Assembly (NCBI GenBank): GCA_965112735.1
Contig: OZ218956.1
Location: forward strand, 3,472,001-3,536,000
Direction of reading: 5' to 3'
Source of the DNA: Phaeosaccion multiseriatum
Taxonomy: Eukaryota; Protista; Ochrophyta, other classes
Length of the DNA: 64,000 nt
In this document: piece by piece, positions 1 through 11,157 of the stretch
Position numbering within the stretch: the stretch's first letter is position 1
How the letters are laid out: each line of letters opens with the position of its first letter
Position numbers and translations under genes: made by a program
Notes under the pieces: generated by a model
Databases searched by the model: none
Seen by the model: the letters and a program-made list of their open reading frames with translations, nothing else
What the model was told of the DNA's origin: nothing

Positions 1-937
1 AAATCATCGGAGCAAAGCTCTTTCAGCACACTCACGTGGTGCTTGTTCTTCGCTGCAGATTTTTACACCGTCACATCCCGGGGACAGCCCATGTGATGGA
101 GGGCCTTGCACATGCTCACACCTCCAGACTGAATAGCGGCTCTGAGCGTCTCGACTGTAAGCTCGTAGCCGTGCCTCCTGGCCCAATACACTCGCTCGAT
201 GGATGCCACTACACTCGTTTGGCTCGTCTCGGCTCGGTGCGCAACAATGTAGTAGTCCCGCCACTCCTTGCACACCGTCGCGACGAAAGCGTACTCCCCA
301 GGCCCAACGAGCTCCATCACCTTTCCGTACACCTCTTCGATACCAACGGCCTCTGCACAGCTAGATCCATCGCCGGCCAGAAGGGCAGGTGGTCGGCCAG
401 GGGCTGTGCGACCAAGCCCAGGAGCAGCAGTTTCTGCCTCTCCTCCTGAGGCCGCCCGTCGCCGCTTGGTACCACCTCTTCTCCCTCCCACTTCTCCCTC
501 CTCGTCACCTGCCTCATCAGGGTTGATTGGGTCCCTTCTTTCGGGGCTTCCCGATGCCTCCAATCGTAGGCGGAGGAGGAGGAGCTCCTTCTCTCTTTCA
601 AAATCCTTCTCCTTCGCCTTCTCGTCGAAGAGCTTGGCCTCCTTCTCTCTCTCAAAGGCCCTCTCTTTCGCCTCCTCGTCCCTCTTGTGAGCCATCTCCT
701 TCGCTTTCTCGTCTCTCTCATAAGCCTCCCTCTCCCTTTCTCTTCTCCCTTTCTCCTCTTGTAGTTGCAGCTTCTCCGTCCTCAAGGCCTGGAGGTGCAT
801 CAGCAGCTCCTCCCTGCTTCCCCCACTCGCACATGACAGGGTCAATCCCCCAAGTAGCTGCCCTCCCCGCGCAGAGCCCTTTTGACCTCCTCCTCCTCGC
901 TCTCCACCCTCTGCAGCTTGTCCTGTAGCTCACTCAT
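1..937 (-). pseudogene. Coiled-coil + CPW-type ankyrin-repeat gene, copy A1 (disrupted; runs off the window edge)
   Basis: ATG at 937 gives MSELQDKLQRVESEEEEV, co-linear with the intact copy at 11158. Two extra G at ~847-851 shift the frame; ORF 63..845 resumes the homology and ends in a premature TAA at 63-65 where paralogues have TAC. Confidence 0.75.
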
Positions 938-1204
938 AACATACAGAGTGGGAAATGCAGCCCTCAGCAGCAGGAGAATGAGGAGGAGCAACGCACGGAG
1001 TTACGCTTATCTAAGGCGCTAGACGAGCGCTTCGACTGACCCACACCAGCATGCTTGACGTGTTGGTGCTGTAATCGTTGAGGGCTCACAGCTGTTTTCA
1101 AATCTGCTCGAAGCACCCCCTTTTCATTTTTTAGAAGTCAATATCGGTCAGCTTGACGGGATCCTTTGATGATTGGACACCTCCGCCTCTCCTCAACCTC
1201 CAAG

Positions 1205-2690
1205 ATGCAAGGCATCCAGGCGAGCATCGCAGCAGTGAGCAGGAAGGAAGACGCACTAGAGAAGGCCTTGAGTGGGCAGGGCACGTACCTGGGGCTGAGC
1301 TTGGGAGGAGCAGCACCAGCAGCACATGAGGAGGTGAGAAAAGAGCTGCTGATGCACCTCCAAGCCGTGAGGGAGAGGGAGAGAGAGGAGATAGCCTTGG
1401 AGAGAGAGAGAGAGGCCAAGCTATTGGACGAAGAGATGAAAAAGAAGGATCACAAAAGGAAGGAGAGGGCGAAGGAGAAGGCACAAGAGGAAGGAGAGGG
1501 CGAAGGAGAAGGCTTACGAGAGGGAAGAGAAGGCGAGGGAGAAGGCTCACGAGAGGGAACAGAAGGCGAAAGAGAGGGTCTTGGAGAGAGAGAAGGAGCT
1601 ACTCCTCCTCCGCCTCGAAGTACAACCATCAGCTGCCTCTACGAGCCGCAGCCTTGATGGCAGAGGAGAGGAGGGCAACGTGGTGGGCGAAAGAAGGGGG
1701 GGCACCAAGCGAAAGCGGGGGCCCTTAGGAGGGGAGGGTGGAGATGGCGGACGCGCTGCCCCTGCACACGAAGGGCGTGCGTCCTGTCACCGAGCGTCCC
1801 CTGCTGGCTCGGATGGCTGTGCATATGCCCTTGGTATGAAGGAGGTTTATGGACAGGTGATGGAGCTCGTGGGGCAGGGGGAGTATGCTTTCGTCGCGAC
1901 GGTGTGCAAGGAGTGGAGGGGCTACTACATCGTTGCGCACCCAGCCAAGACGAGGCAAGCGAGTGTAGTTACATCCATTGAACGCTTGTACTGGGCCAAG
2001 AGACACGGCTACGAGCTTAGCATCAGCACTTTTAGAGCCGCTGCTCGGTATGGAGGTGTGAGCATGTGCAAGGCCCTCCAGCACATGGGCTGTCCCCGGG
2101 ATGTGACGGTGTACACATCTGCAGCGAAGAACAAGCTGCACCGCGTGAGTGTGCTCAAGTGGCTTTGCTCGGTTGACTCGAGTGTCTGCTCTGATGCTGC
2201 GATGAAGGGCAACATGTCGGTACTGAAGCTGGTTCTGTCAGATGACGTGAATGCGCCGTTCGATCACGATGTGTGGATCAATGCTGTTAAGGGAGGGCAC
2301 ATCTCTGTGCTGGAAGGTCTGCTGAATATCCCCAGGGTTAGGGCTGAGCTGGAGGGAGCGGAGGAGGGAAGTGTGTGGAGACTGGGAGCTAGGCATGCTG
2401 CTTTCTTTTCTCAACTTGACCGATTGCAGTGGCTGCATGCCAATGCACATGATGCTTGTGACTGGGATTCCTCGGTTTGCTTGACTGCGGCACTGATGGC
2501 GAACCTGACCACGCTGCAGTGGTTGCGCTCAGAAGAGGTGGGCTGTGCGTGGGATGCGAGGGCGTGTCCAGGAACCATGAGGAGATTCCAGCAGGAATGT
2601 GGTGGAGAATGGTACATGGACGAGGACGCGTTTGAGGAGGTCAAACAGTGGGTGCATACCAACGGCCACCCCTGCGACTGCGAGGACTGA
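1205..2690 (+). pseudogene. Coiled-coil + CPW-type ankyrin-repeat gene, copy B1 (one frameshift near 1480; could be a sequencing error)
   Basis: ORFs 1166..1657 and 1581..2690 join into one protein homologous to 11158..12537, with repeats such as AA..G..SVL.WL, ACDWDSSVC, GCAWD and the GHPCDCED terminus. Intronless. Confidence 0.7.
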
Positions 2691-3056
2691 GCAGCAGCCC
2701 AATCGAGCTTCTCAAATTGAGTTTGCGGACTCTTTTGCGTAAAACACCCTGGAGGGATGAGGGGGCGAAGGGGGGGCTCAGAAGGAGGGAGGGAGGTCCC
2801 TCTACTGGGCCAAGAGAGCAAGAGGGGAGCGGATGCAGCGGGGAAAGGAGAGCGGTGGACGGACTGCGGCAGGGCGAGGTTGAGGTGAGCCGGGCGATGG
2901 TGGGTGGGGGAGATACAGCACAGAGTAATGCTCCTATGCGGTGACATGTACATGTACATGTATTCTTGAACAAACAAAGCGATACTGTGACGAATCTTTT
3001 GGGCTGTCCTCCTTGGTGAAACCTTGCGTAAGCGTACGACTTCAGTGCGCTCGATG

Positions 3057-3180
3057 TGCACGCACACACACGCGCACACACACACACACGCAGACACACA
3101 CACAGACACACACACACACGCACACACACACACACACACACACGCCACACATACACACACACACGAACAGCACACACATC
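3057..3180. repeat. Imperfect (CA)n microsatellite
   Basis: Directly visible. Confidence 0.9.
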
Positions 3181-4452
3181 ACCAACTGCTTGCGGTACCG
3201 GCTCCGGCTCCTTGCTCTCCTCCACCCCCCCCCCCCTGAGGCCCACCTCTAGCTGCTGCTGGTGCTGCTGCGGTGCTGCGAGGAAGAAGAGCCACCACAC
3301 AGCCCCAGCGCCTCTGAGAACGCAGCTGTGTACATGTGGCACAGAGACAGAGAGAGAGAGAGTCCAACGCCACGCGGAAGCTTGATGAAAATATGTTGAC
3401 ATTGATGCATCATTGTCTATAGCCCAAGCGAGGTACCACCGGAGAGCGGCACTGCATAGTCTACACAAACGCGCGAAGAGAGGTCTGTAAGCGGCCGTAA
3501 GTGGCCCTGCACTTGGGCCTCTTCCATCACGGTGCTGTAGACGGCCTCGGGGTATAGCCCCTCAGCCTCTTGAGACGGGGACCTTGCCCATACTCCCCCG
3601 CTCGGCCATCACCTCGTCGTCCATGGTGGTCACAATGCCTGCAGACCGTACACGCTCCACTCACCGAAAGCCGAAAGTCCAGCCCTCGGCAGTGCAGGAA
3701 GCCCAGCCCTCGGCAGACATCGCTCCCCCCTCGGGAGAGTTTCCCTCTGCTCGATTCCAACTGAGTGCCAGGGCGATCGAGCCCCTCGCAGACAGAGGAC
3801 AGAGTCTGCTTACACCAGTGCAAGGGCCACAGAGATACGTGCTCGTAGCCAGCGAGTCAGGGTGGGGAGGGAGAGGCAGGTCGGAGGCCTCTCGTCGTCT
3901 CGCGAAAATAGGACGCCAGGTGCCGAATGGAGGGGTTGGGTCGGCACCCAAGCGCTCCGTTGATCCCCCAAGAAGATCAATGGTGTGAAGGAGGCCTTCC
4001 TGCCGGGCAGGCAGCTTCGTACTCTTCTCCACAGAAAAAGAAAAGCCCCCTTGGCTTTGGAGTCATTCCGTAGGCTTCTCCTCCGCCCGCCCTCCCCCAC
4101 GACCGTGGCCCATCACTCTCCTGAAGGCTTTTGTCGTAGGCCGAGCTGTGGAGCGGACCACAGGGGGCCCAGGTGAGCATATCGTAGCGGGGGCCTTCGA
4201 GACGGCCATAAACGGAGCAAGCTCCTCGACCCATTGATCTCAGATACATCGGGAAATGGAAAGAGAGAACTGGTCCATGGGACGTATCACGTGCCGAAAG
4301 CCCCACCAACGACACAAGTGTACGACAACCTGCCCTTCCTCACTCCCAAGCATTCCCCAGCCTCGCCCCGCTTTAGTTGTCCTGTTGCAGCGGGCGAAAA
4401 GAGGGCACTGCCTCCCTTCGCCGGACATGCTCATCTTTGTGTGTCCCTCACC

Positions 4453-5151
4453 TCACGGCAGCGAAAGCCTGCTGTAGTCGGCCTGAATCGTGCCATCCTT
4501 CGCCGGCCCAACCACGTGCCACCGCAGCGAGAACTGTGAGTCGCTGTGCACATCCATGCGGCCCCGGTACATGTCTTCAACGCACAGGTGATCAAAGGAG
4601 GCAGACGCAAGCACACGTGGACTATTGGCACTGCTGCTGTTGCCTCCTCCGTCGCCATTACCACCACCATCATTGACACCCGCTCCCTCTGCTTCTTGTT
4701 GCGACTGTAGCTGGAGCTGCAGATCGTGAAAGAAGCGAAGCTCCTGGGGCTTGCTTGGATTGTCCATGAAGAAGACACGGACTGGCAGAGTGTTACAGTC
4801 ATAAACGAGCCTGCTTCCCACCGCCGCCAGCCGCCCGCCCCCTGTTAGCTGGAGGGAGCCCTCCTCCTCATACAGCAGCTTCCCACTGCTACTGCTGCTA
4901 CCGCTGGTGTCCACGCATCTGAAGCCAGCTGTGCCTGTCCAAACTCCCGCCTCCCCGCCGCCGCCTGCGTAGTCAATGACTTTGGAGAGTTTCCATTTGC
5001 CCAGCAAGTACCCCCGCACCCCTGCCGCGGTGGACAGAGAGTGCGTCAGCGAAGTGACGCCAGCTGCACCCCGCATTAAGAGAAAGCTACTTGCTCCCTT
5101 AACGAGAGCAAGCGAAACGACCGCAACAAGACGCAGCAGCGCCACGTGCAT
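4453..5151 (-). CDS. DUF6314-like protein with a probable signal peptide / bipartite plastid leader
   Basis: Single-exon ORF with motifs LGKWKLSK, GTAGF, LLYEEEG, FFHDL, HLCVEDMY and W.V.GPAKD.TI...YSR. The N-terminus MHVALLRLVAVVSLALVKGASS|F resembles the ASAF cleavage motif. Confidence 0.75.
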   Translation of the reverse strand: MHVALLRLVAVVSLALVKGASSFLLMRGAAGVTSLTHSLSTAAGVRGYLLGKWKLSKVIDYAGGGGEAGVWTGTAGFRCVDTSGSSSSSGKLLYEEEGSLQLTGGGRLAAVGSRLVYDCNTLPVRVFFMDNPSKPQELRFFHDLQLQLQSQQEAEGAGVNDGGGNGDGGGNSSSANSPRVLASASFDHLCVEDMYRGRMDVHSDSQFSLRWHVVGPAKDGTIQADYSRLSLP

Positions 5152-5477
5152 AAGAAAACGCTCGTGGAGCGACGATACAGCGGCAAGTGAACCACAGGGA
5201 GGAAAGAGGGGGATGTACAATTGTACAATTGTACAAGGCCGGGGAGGGAAGATAGGCTTGAGGAAAGAGGGGAGGGAAAGAGCAGCGATGCCTAAAAGTA
5301 ATATTTTTAAATCTTCTCCCCCCCCCCCCCCTATTAGGAAGAGACCTTCCAGGTTCTATCGGAAAGATGCACGCAGTATGGAGCAGCCATCATCACCATC
5401 TCCACTCATCAGGTTGGTTTAATGAAGGACAGAGAAGAAGAGGGTCGTTTTTCTCTCATCTCTCCCTGCCTAACACC

Positions 5478-8400
5478 ATGATGCACACGCACTGCTCCCC
5501 GGCAGTACGACCGAGGAGAATACAGAGCGAAGCTCCGTCATTGCGATCGAGGAAAATGCAGAGCGAATCTCCTTCGTTGCCGGAGAAGCGTGTCGCCGTC
5601 GGGGGCGAGACGGCGGGGGTGGCCCTGCGAGACTGCAGAGCAAAGATGCGTCGGTGCTGGAGAAGAAGCGCGTGGCAGTAGTCGGGGGCGGGCCCAGTGG
5701 GCTGATCAGCGCACACGCTTGTTTGGAAGCAGGCTTGCAGCCCACAGTTTTTGAGCAGAGCGCCACGGGGGGGGGGCTGTGGAAGACGAGGGAGAGGGGA
5801 GGCCTAACATGGCCTACCCTCCGGACCAATCTCTCCAAGTTCACTTGCGCCTTCAGCGACGCTCCATGGCCCCCTTGTGCGCCCCTCTTTCCTTCCTCAG
5901 CTGAGATGGCCAGCTACCTGCAGGACTTTTCACTCACTCGGTCCTTGGACACGTGTGCGCGATTCGGCCTCAAAGTGACGAGTGTTCGGGCCTCTTCTTC
6001 TTCTGGACGCAAGGGATGGGTGGTAAAGAGCTGCTCCACCCCAGTCAAGAAGGATAGTACGAGCACCAGCGCCAGCAGCAGAAGGGTTGTGGCAGAGGCG
6101 AGCACGGGAGGAGAGGAGAGGAAGGAGGAGGGAAAGGAGGAGGAGCAGGAAGAGGGAGGGGAGAGGGAGGAGCAGGAGTTTTTCGACTTCTGCATCATCG
6201 CCACCGGTGCTCTCGCCAAGCCCGACTACCCCTTGGACCGAGGCATCTTTGACGCCACCGCGGCTCGTGTCCGAACCATTCAGGCGTGCGACTACAAGGG
6301 GCCAGAGCAACACAAGGTACGATTAGTCGGAGAAGTACCCCCCTATCATACACTCTACCACCCTCCTCCTACACTCGGGGTCAATTTTGTCTCAATCAAA
6401 CGTTGTGAGTTTCGATCAGGACACTGTTGGCTCTGCCACTCCTCCTTTTATTCCTCTTCCCAAGTATGAGAACGGCCCTTATTTTTTGAGAAGCTTGCTT
6501 TGTGGTACCTATCTTCATTCGACTCCCTGCTGTATCCCTGGTGTCTCCCTACTGTCGCGCGCCAGGGCAGGAGGGTGCTGGTGGTTGGCAACAGCTTCAG
6601 CGGAGCCGACATCGCCGCGGAAGTGGCAGAGGGGGGGGCAGAGTCGTGTGTGAGTGCTGTGGGGGGCACGCGGCAGTGGTTTGTACCACGGATGGTCGCT
6701 GGTGCTTCAGTGTCAGCATCACCACAGCCTGAGACACCATCTTTCTCGTCATCACCACCACCACCACCACCGACACCGCCGAGCAGGAAAGGAGTCATGC
6801 TGCCTGTTGACTTGCGCCTCTACTCGCGAGAGACTGCTGCCGTCTCCGTAGTCCACGGGTGCGTAAGAAGCTTCGAAGGTGTCGTGCACTCAATCGCTCC
6901 TATCGCTCCTGTGGCGTCATTGTCCCCGACACATCCTCACCATGAATTTCATCATCGCATCGATCATTGCCTGCCTCCTTCTCTTCATCTGACCTGCCGC
7001 TTTCAGCCCACACGCGATCCTTGTAGACGACCACTCAGAGTACCCTGCTTTTACGTTTGCTTCTTGCCTCCCTCTCTCTCTCCCTCTTGCCTTCTTGGCT
7101 GTGCAGTGCCGACAAAGCCGCCCGGAACAGATCCGCCAATGCTCGCCTGGAAAGGCTCGTAGGGCAGCCCGGCGACAGCCACCCGTTGCTTCGCCGCCCC
7201 GTGGACTGCTCTCCGCCCTTCTTGGCCGTGGCGGACAAGTACCTGGCGTGTGTCAAGGTAAGGAAGGGACACTTAGTAGTGTCAGTAGCCGGTACTTTGG
7301 GAGCTGCTCTTGCTGTTGTCTGGTGCTTACTGGACTTGTGTCTATCTATCTTCCTGCTGCTTTCATGGTCTTGCATTCACTCCCCCCCCCTTCCCCTCCT
7401 TTCCATCCCCGCGCGGTGCCGTATGGGTCGTACCATGGCCGTCTGTCACAGTCTCTCTTTCTCTCTCTCTTCTGTCTCTCTCTACTTCTCTCTCTCTCTC
7501 TCTCTAACAACCCTCTCTTTCTCTTGTATCCCAGAAAGGAAGCATCGAAGTGCGCCAAAGACTTGTGGATCTTCGGCCGGACGGAACCGCCATTTTCCAA
7601 GATGGCACCACAAGAGCAGATGTGCAGGACATCATCCTCTGCACCGGCTACTCGCCCGTCGACTTGTCTACGCTGCTGGACAAGGCCACTCTCAAGACGC
7701 TCGAGTACGATCCTGGCGATCGCCTGCAACCACTGCTTCTTCATCACCAGACGATGCATCCTGATGTGAGTGGGTGGGGCAAGGCCAGGGTGGGCGGGCC
7801 GGCGAGCTAGCGAGGAGGGAAAGGAACGAGAGGGCGAGAGGCAGGGCCGTGGGGGGCAGGGTAGTGCCTTGCTGCGTGGGGTGGGGGGCGGCCAATGATT
7901 CGGTCGTACATGAGCTCTTGTGGCTCCAGGCCTTTGGTCTGCGCTAACATGTCTTCCCTTCGCTGTTTGTGGAGTCTTTCACCTCACTGGGCTGTGCCCA
8001 CTCGAATAGCTCAATGCCATTGTGCCGTGTAGTGACAGACACGCACCACCCCCCGCCCCCCTCCCGTCTTTCGCCTGTGCATGCATCTCGGATTAGTATT
8101 TGCTTCGGCCCTCGTTCGTGCTCCCCTTCCCTCCCCTGCCTTCCAATCCCGGTCATCCTATAGTACTGTGTCACACACTCCAACTAAGCAAGCTCCACCC
8201 TCCATCGCCTGCTTTTCGCGTCGCACCCCCCCCTCCCTCCTCTTGACACTGCATCACGGTGTCGTTGTCCCCCTTTCCATACATGCCTACAGATGCCCGG
8301 CCTTGCCTTCGTGGGTTGCTATCGAGGGCCCTACTTCGCCACCATGGAGCTGCAGGCCAGGTGAGGAGGCACAGAGGAGGCACAGGCTAATTCTGTCGAG

Positions 8401-9301
8401 AAGGGGAGGACGGCATCAAGTAGCGCGCCGAGGGCGGGTGGGACGAAGAAAGGGGCAGGAAGGGGGGGGGGTTGGCGGCGATGCTGCTGCCTTCGTCCTT
8501 GTTGTGTTACTCCACTTCCTCTGTTGCTGATATATCTGCTGATCCGCAGGACGACATTGAGCCATCTTCCTCCACATCTCACCGTTTCAGCATCTTCTCC
8601 CGTTTCTCGTCCTCGCTCATGTCTTTCCCTCTCTCTGTCTCCCTCCCCCCCCCCCTCTCTCTGTGTGTGTGTCTCCTGTCTGTTTGTCTGCCTGTCTCTC
8701 TGTCGGTCCGTCTGTCTCTACCCGTCTGTGTGTATGTGTGCCTTATCAGGTGGGCTGTACGTGTGTTCTTGGGCCTTGTGCCGCCTCCCACAGTGGCAGC
8801 GCTGACACTGACAGAAGCGACAGAAGCAGCAGTGGAGATGCTGATGCCGACGCGTTTTCCCGTTTAGTGTCCTGTTCATCCGCGCAGTCTTCCCTCGCTG
8901 CTGCCCGAGCACTCCGAAAGCGCTCACTTCAGCAGAGGCGGGAAGGGCGGCAAGAGGGCGGGCGGGGAGACGAAGAAGAGGAGCAAGGGGTTGTGAGGAA
9001 CGAAGTTATGAAGGTGGTAGGGAACTCCCTGACGAAGGGGAAGGGGAGGGCTCGAATGGAGCCGAGTGAGAGGCCGCCTCAGTTCCCGACAAGTTACGTT
9101 CATCTGTCGGAGGCGATAGCGGCAGAGGCGCAGCTCTGTCCCGTGGCTACCAGCGAGGAGGAGAAGAGGGGGCTGTGGAAGGGGCCGCTGCTACCTTGCC
9201 ACTACAGACTGGGGCGTCATGAGGAGCCTTGGAAGAGGGAGGAGGCACTTCGCCATTGGGCGGAGGTCCGGGCGCAGATGGCACAGCTGCAGGAGGAGTG
9301 A
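5478..9301 (+). CDS. Flavin-containing monooxygenase (FMO class B), multi-exon
   Basis: FAD motif VAVVGGGPSG, then GGLW, LRTNLSKFTCAFSD, NADPH motif VLVVGNSFSGADIA (exon from 6566), DIILCTGY (~7630) and PGLAFVGCYRGPYFATMELQAR (~8295-8360); stop at 9301. The 5' exon (5478-5504 spliced to 5639) is tentative. Confidence 0.85.
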
Positions 9302-9334
9302 CGTCAGTCCAGCCCAGGGCAAGGTATGATACAG

Positions 9335-9520
9335 CAGGCCTGCCGTCTGATGGACCTGTTTCAGAGGCCTGCGTAGGGCTTGTTTTAGGGCCTCTGTAGG
9401 CCGTTTTAGAGGCCTTTGTAGGCCTTTGCAGGCCATTTAGGCTTCTGTAGGCCTCTCGAGGTCTGGGTGGACTGTCGAGCCCTCTATAGACCCTTTTAGA
9501 GGTCTCTGTTAGGCCACAGA
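9335..9520. repeat. Degenerate ~10-12 bp AGGCCT/TAGGCC-rich tandem repeat
   Basis: Recurring taggcct/agaggcc units just downstream of the FMO stop codon. Confidence 0.6.
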
Positions 9521-9694
9521 GAGGTCAACAGAGGCCCTTCTCCGTGAGTCAGGCGCAGAGCAGAGCAAGTTCGAAGCACCCTCTTAAAGCCTTTTGCAGT
9601 AGCGTAGCTGCAGCGACACCCTACCTTTGCATTATTATTTAAACGGTTACGATGAGTTCGTATGTACTGAATTCAAGGTCGATTGGGCTGCCGG

Positions 9695-10993
9695 TCAGTC
9701 CTCGCAGTTGCAGGGGTACCCGTTGGCATGGACCCACTGCTTGATGTCCTCCAACACGTCCTCGTGGACGAGCCATTCTAGACCACCTGCCTCCGTAGCG
9801 CTCCTGATGGTCTCTGCACATGAACCCCTGTTCCACGGACAGCCCACCTCTTCTGAGCGCAACCACTGCACAGCACATTGCAGGTTCGCCGCCACTACCG
9901 CAGTCAAGCAAACCGATGAATCCCAGTCACAAGCATCACGTGCATTGGCATGCACCCACTGCAAAGCATCAAAACGAAGGAAGATAGCAGCATGCCTAGC
10001 TCCCAGTCTCCACGCACTTCCCTCCTCCGCCCCCTCCAGCTCAGCCCTGACCCTGGGGTTATTCAGCAGACCTTCCAGCACAGAGATGTGCCCTCCCTTA
10101 ACAGCATTGATCCACACATCGTGATCGAACGGCGCATTCACGTCATCCGACAGGACCAGCTCCAGTACCGACATGTTGCCCTTCATCGCAGCATCAACCG
10201 AGCAAAGCCACTTGAGCACACTCACGCGGTGCAGCTTGTTCTTCGCTGCAGATGTGTACACCGTCACATCCCGGGGACAGCCCATGTGCTGGAGGGCCTT
10301 GCACAAGTTCGCATCTCCATACCGGGCAGCGGCTCTAAAAGTGTTGATGGGTAAGCTCGTAGCCGTGTCTCCTGGCCCAATACACTCGCTCGATGGATGC
10401 CACTACACTCGTTTGGCTCGTCTCGGCTGGGTGCGCAACAATGTAGTAGTCCCGCCACTCCTTGCACACCGTCGCGACGAAAGCATACTCCCCCTGCCCC
10501 ACGAGCTCCATCACCTGTCCATAAACTTCCTTCATATGCACAGCCATCCGAGCCAGGAGGGGACGCTCGGTGACAGGAGACACGCCCTTCGTGTGCAGAG
10601 GCAGCGCATCCGCCATCTCCACCCTCTCCTCCTAAGGGCCCCCGCTTTCGCTTGGTGCCTCCCCTTCTTTCGCCCACCACGTTGCCCTCCTCTCCTCTGC
10701 CATCAAGGCTGCGGCTCGTAGAGGCAGCTGATGGTTGTACTTCGAGGCGGAGGAGGAGTAGCTCCTTCTCTCTCTCCAAGACCCTCTCCCTCGCCTTCTC
10801 TTCCCTCTCGTGAGCCTTCTCCTCCGCCCTCTTCCTTCTTCCTTCCTCTTGTGAGCCTTCTTTTTCATCTCCTCGTCCAATAGCTTGGCCTCCCTCTCTT
10901 CCTCTCCCTCTCCCTCACGGCTTGGAGGTGCATCAGCAGCTCTTTCCTCACCTCCTCATCTGCTGCTGCTGCTCCTCCTCCCAAGCTCAGCCT
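9695..10993 (-). pseudogene. Coiled-coil + ankyrin-repeat gene, copy B2 (5'-truncated, frameshifted)
   Basis: Inverted homologue of 1294-2710, split over ORFs 10632..10880, 10264..10779, 10335..10622 and 9695..10306. It lacks the first ~30 codons of copy B1. Confidence 0.8.
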
Positions 10994-11157
10994 TGTTTCG
11001 ATTCCTCCCTCCTCCTGCTGCGATGCGGTAAATTATGATCAAATTATTCCGCGTCAAAAGTACCCGCCCGTTCAGCGGGCTTTCAGCTTCCTGTCCATTA
11101 CGCTTCCTTTCCCCTCTTACCCTCCCCGCCGGCTGCAGTTCTCCATCTTTGTGTGCT

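Noticed and set aside
2720-4450. Possible gene in the spacer between ankyrin copy B1 and the DUF6314-like gene
   Set aside because: It has exon-like patches and microsatellites, but I could not build a consistent reading frame or recognise a motif.
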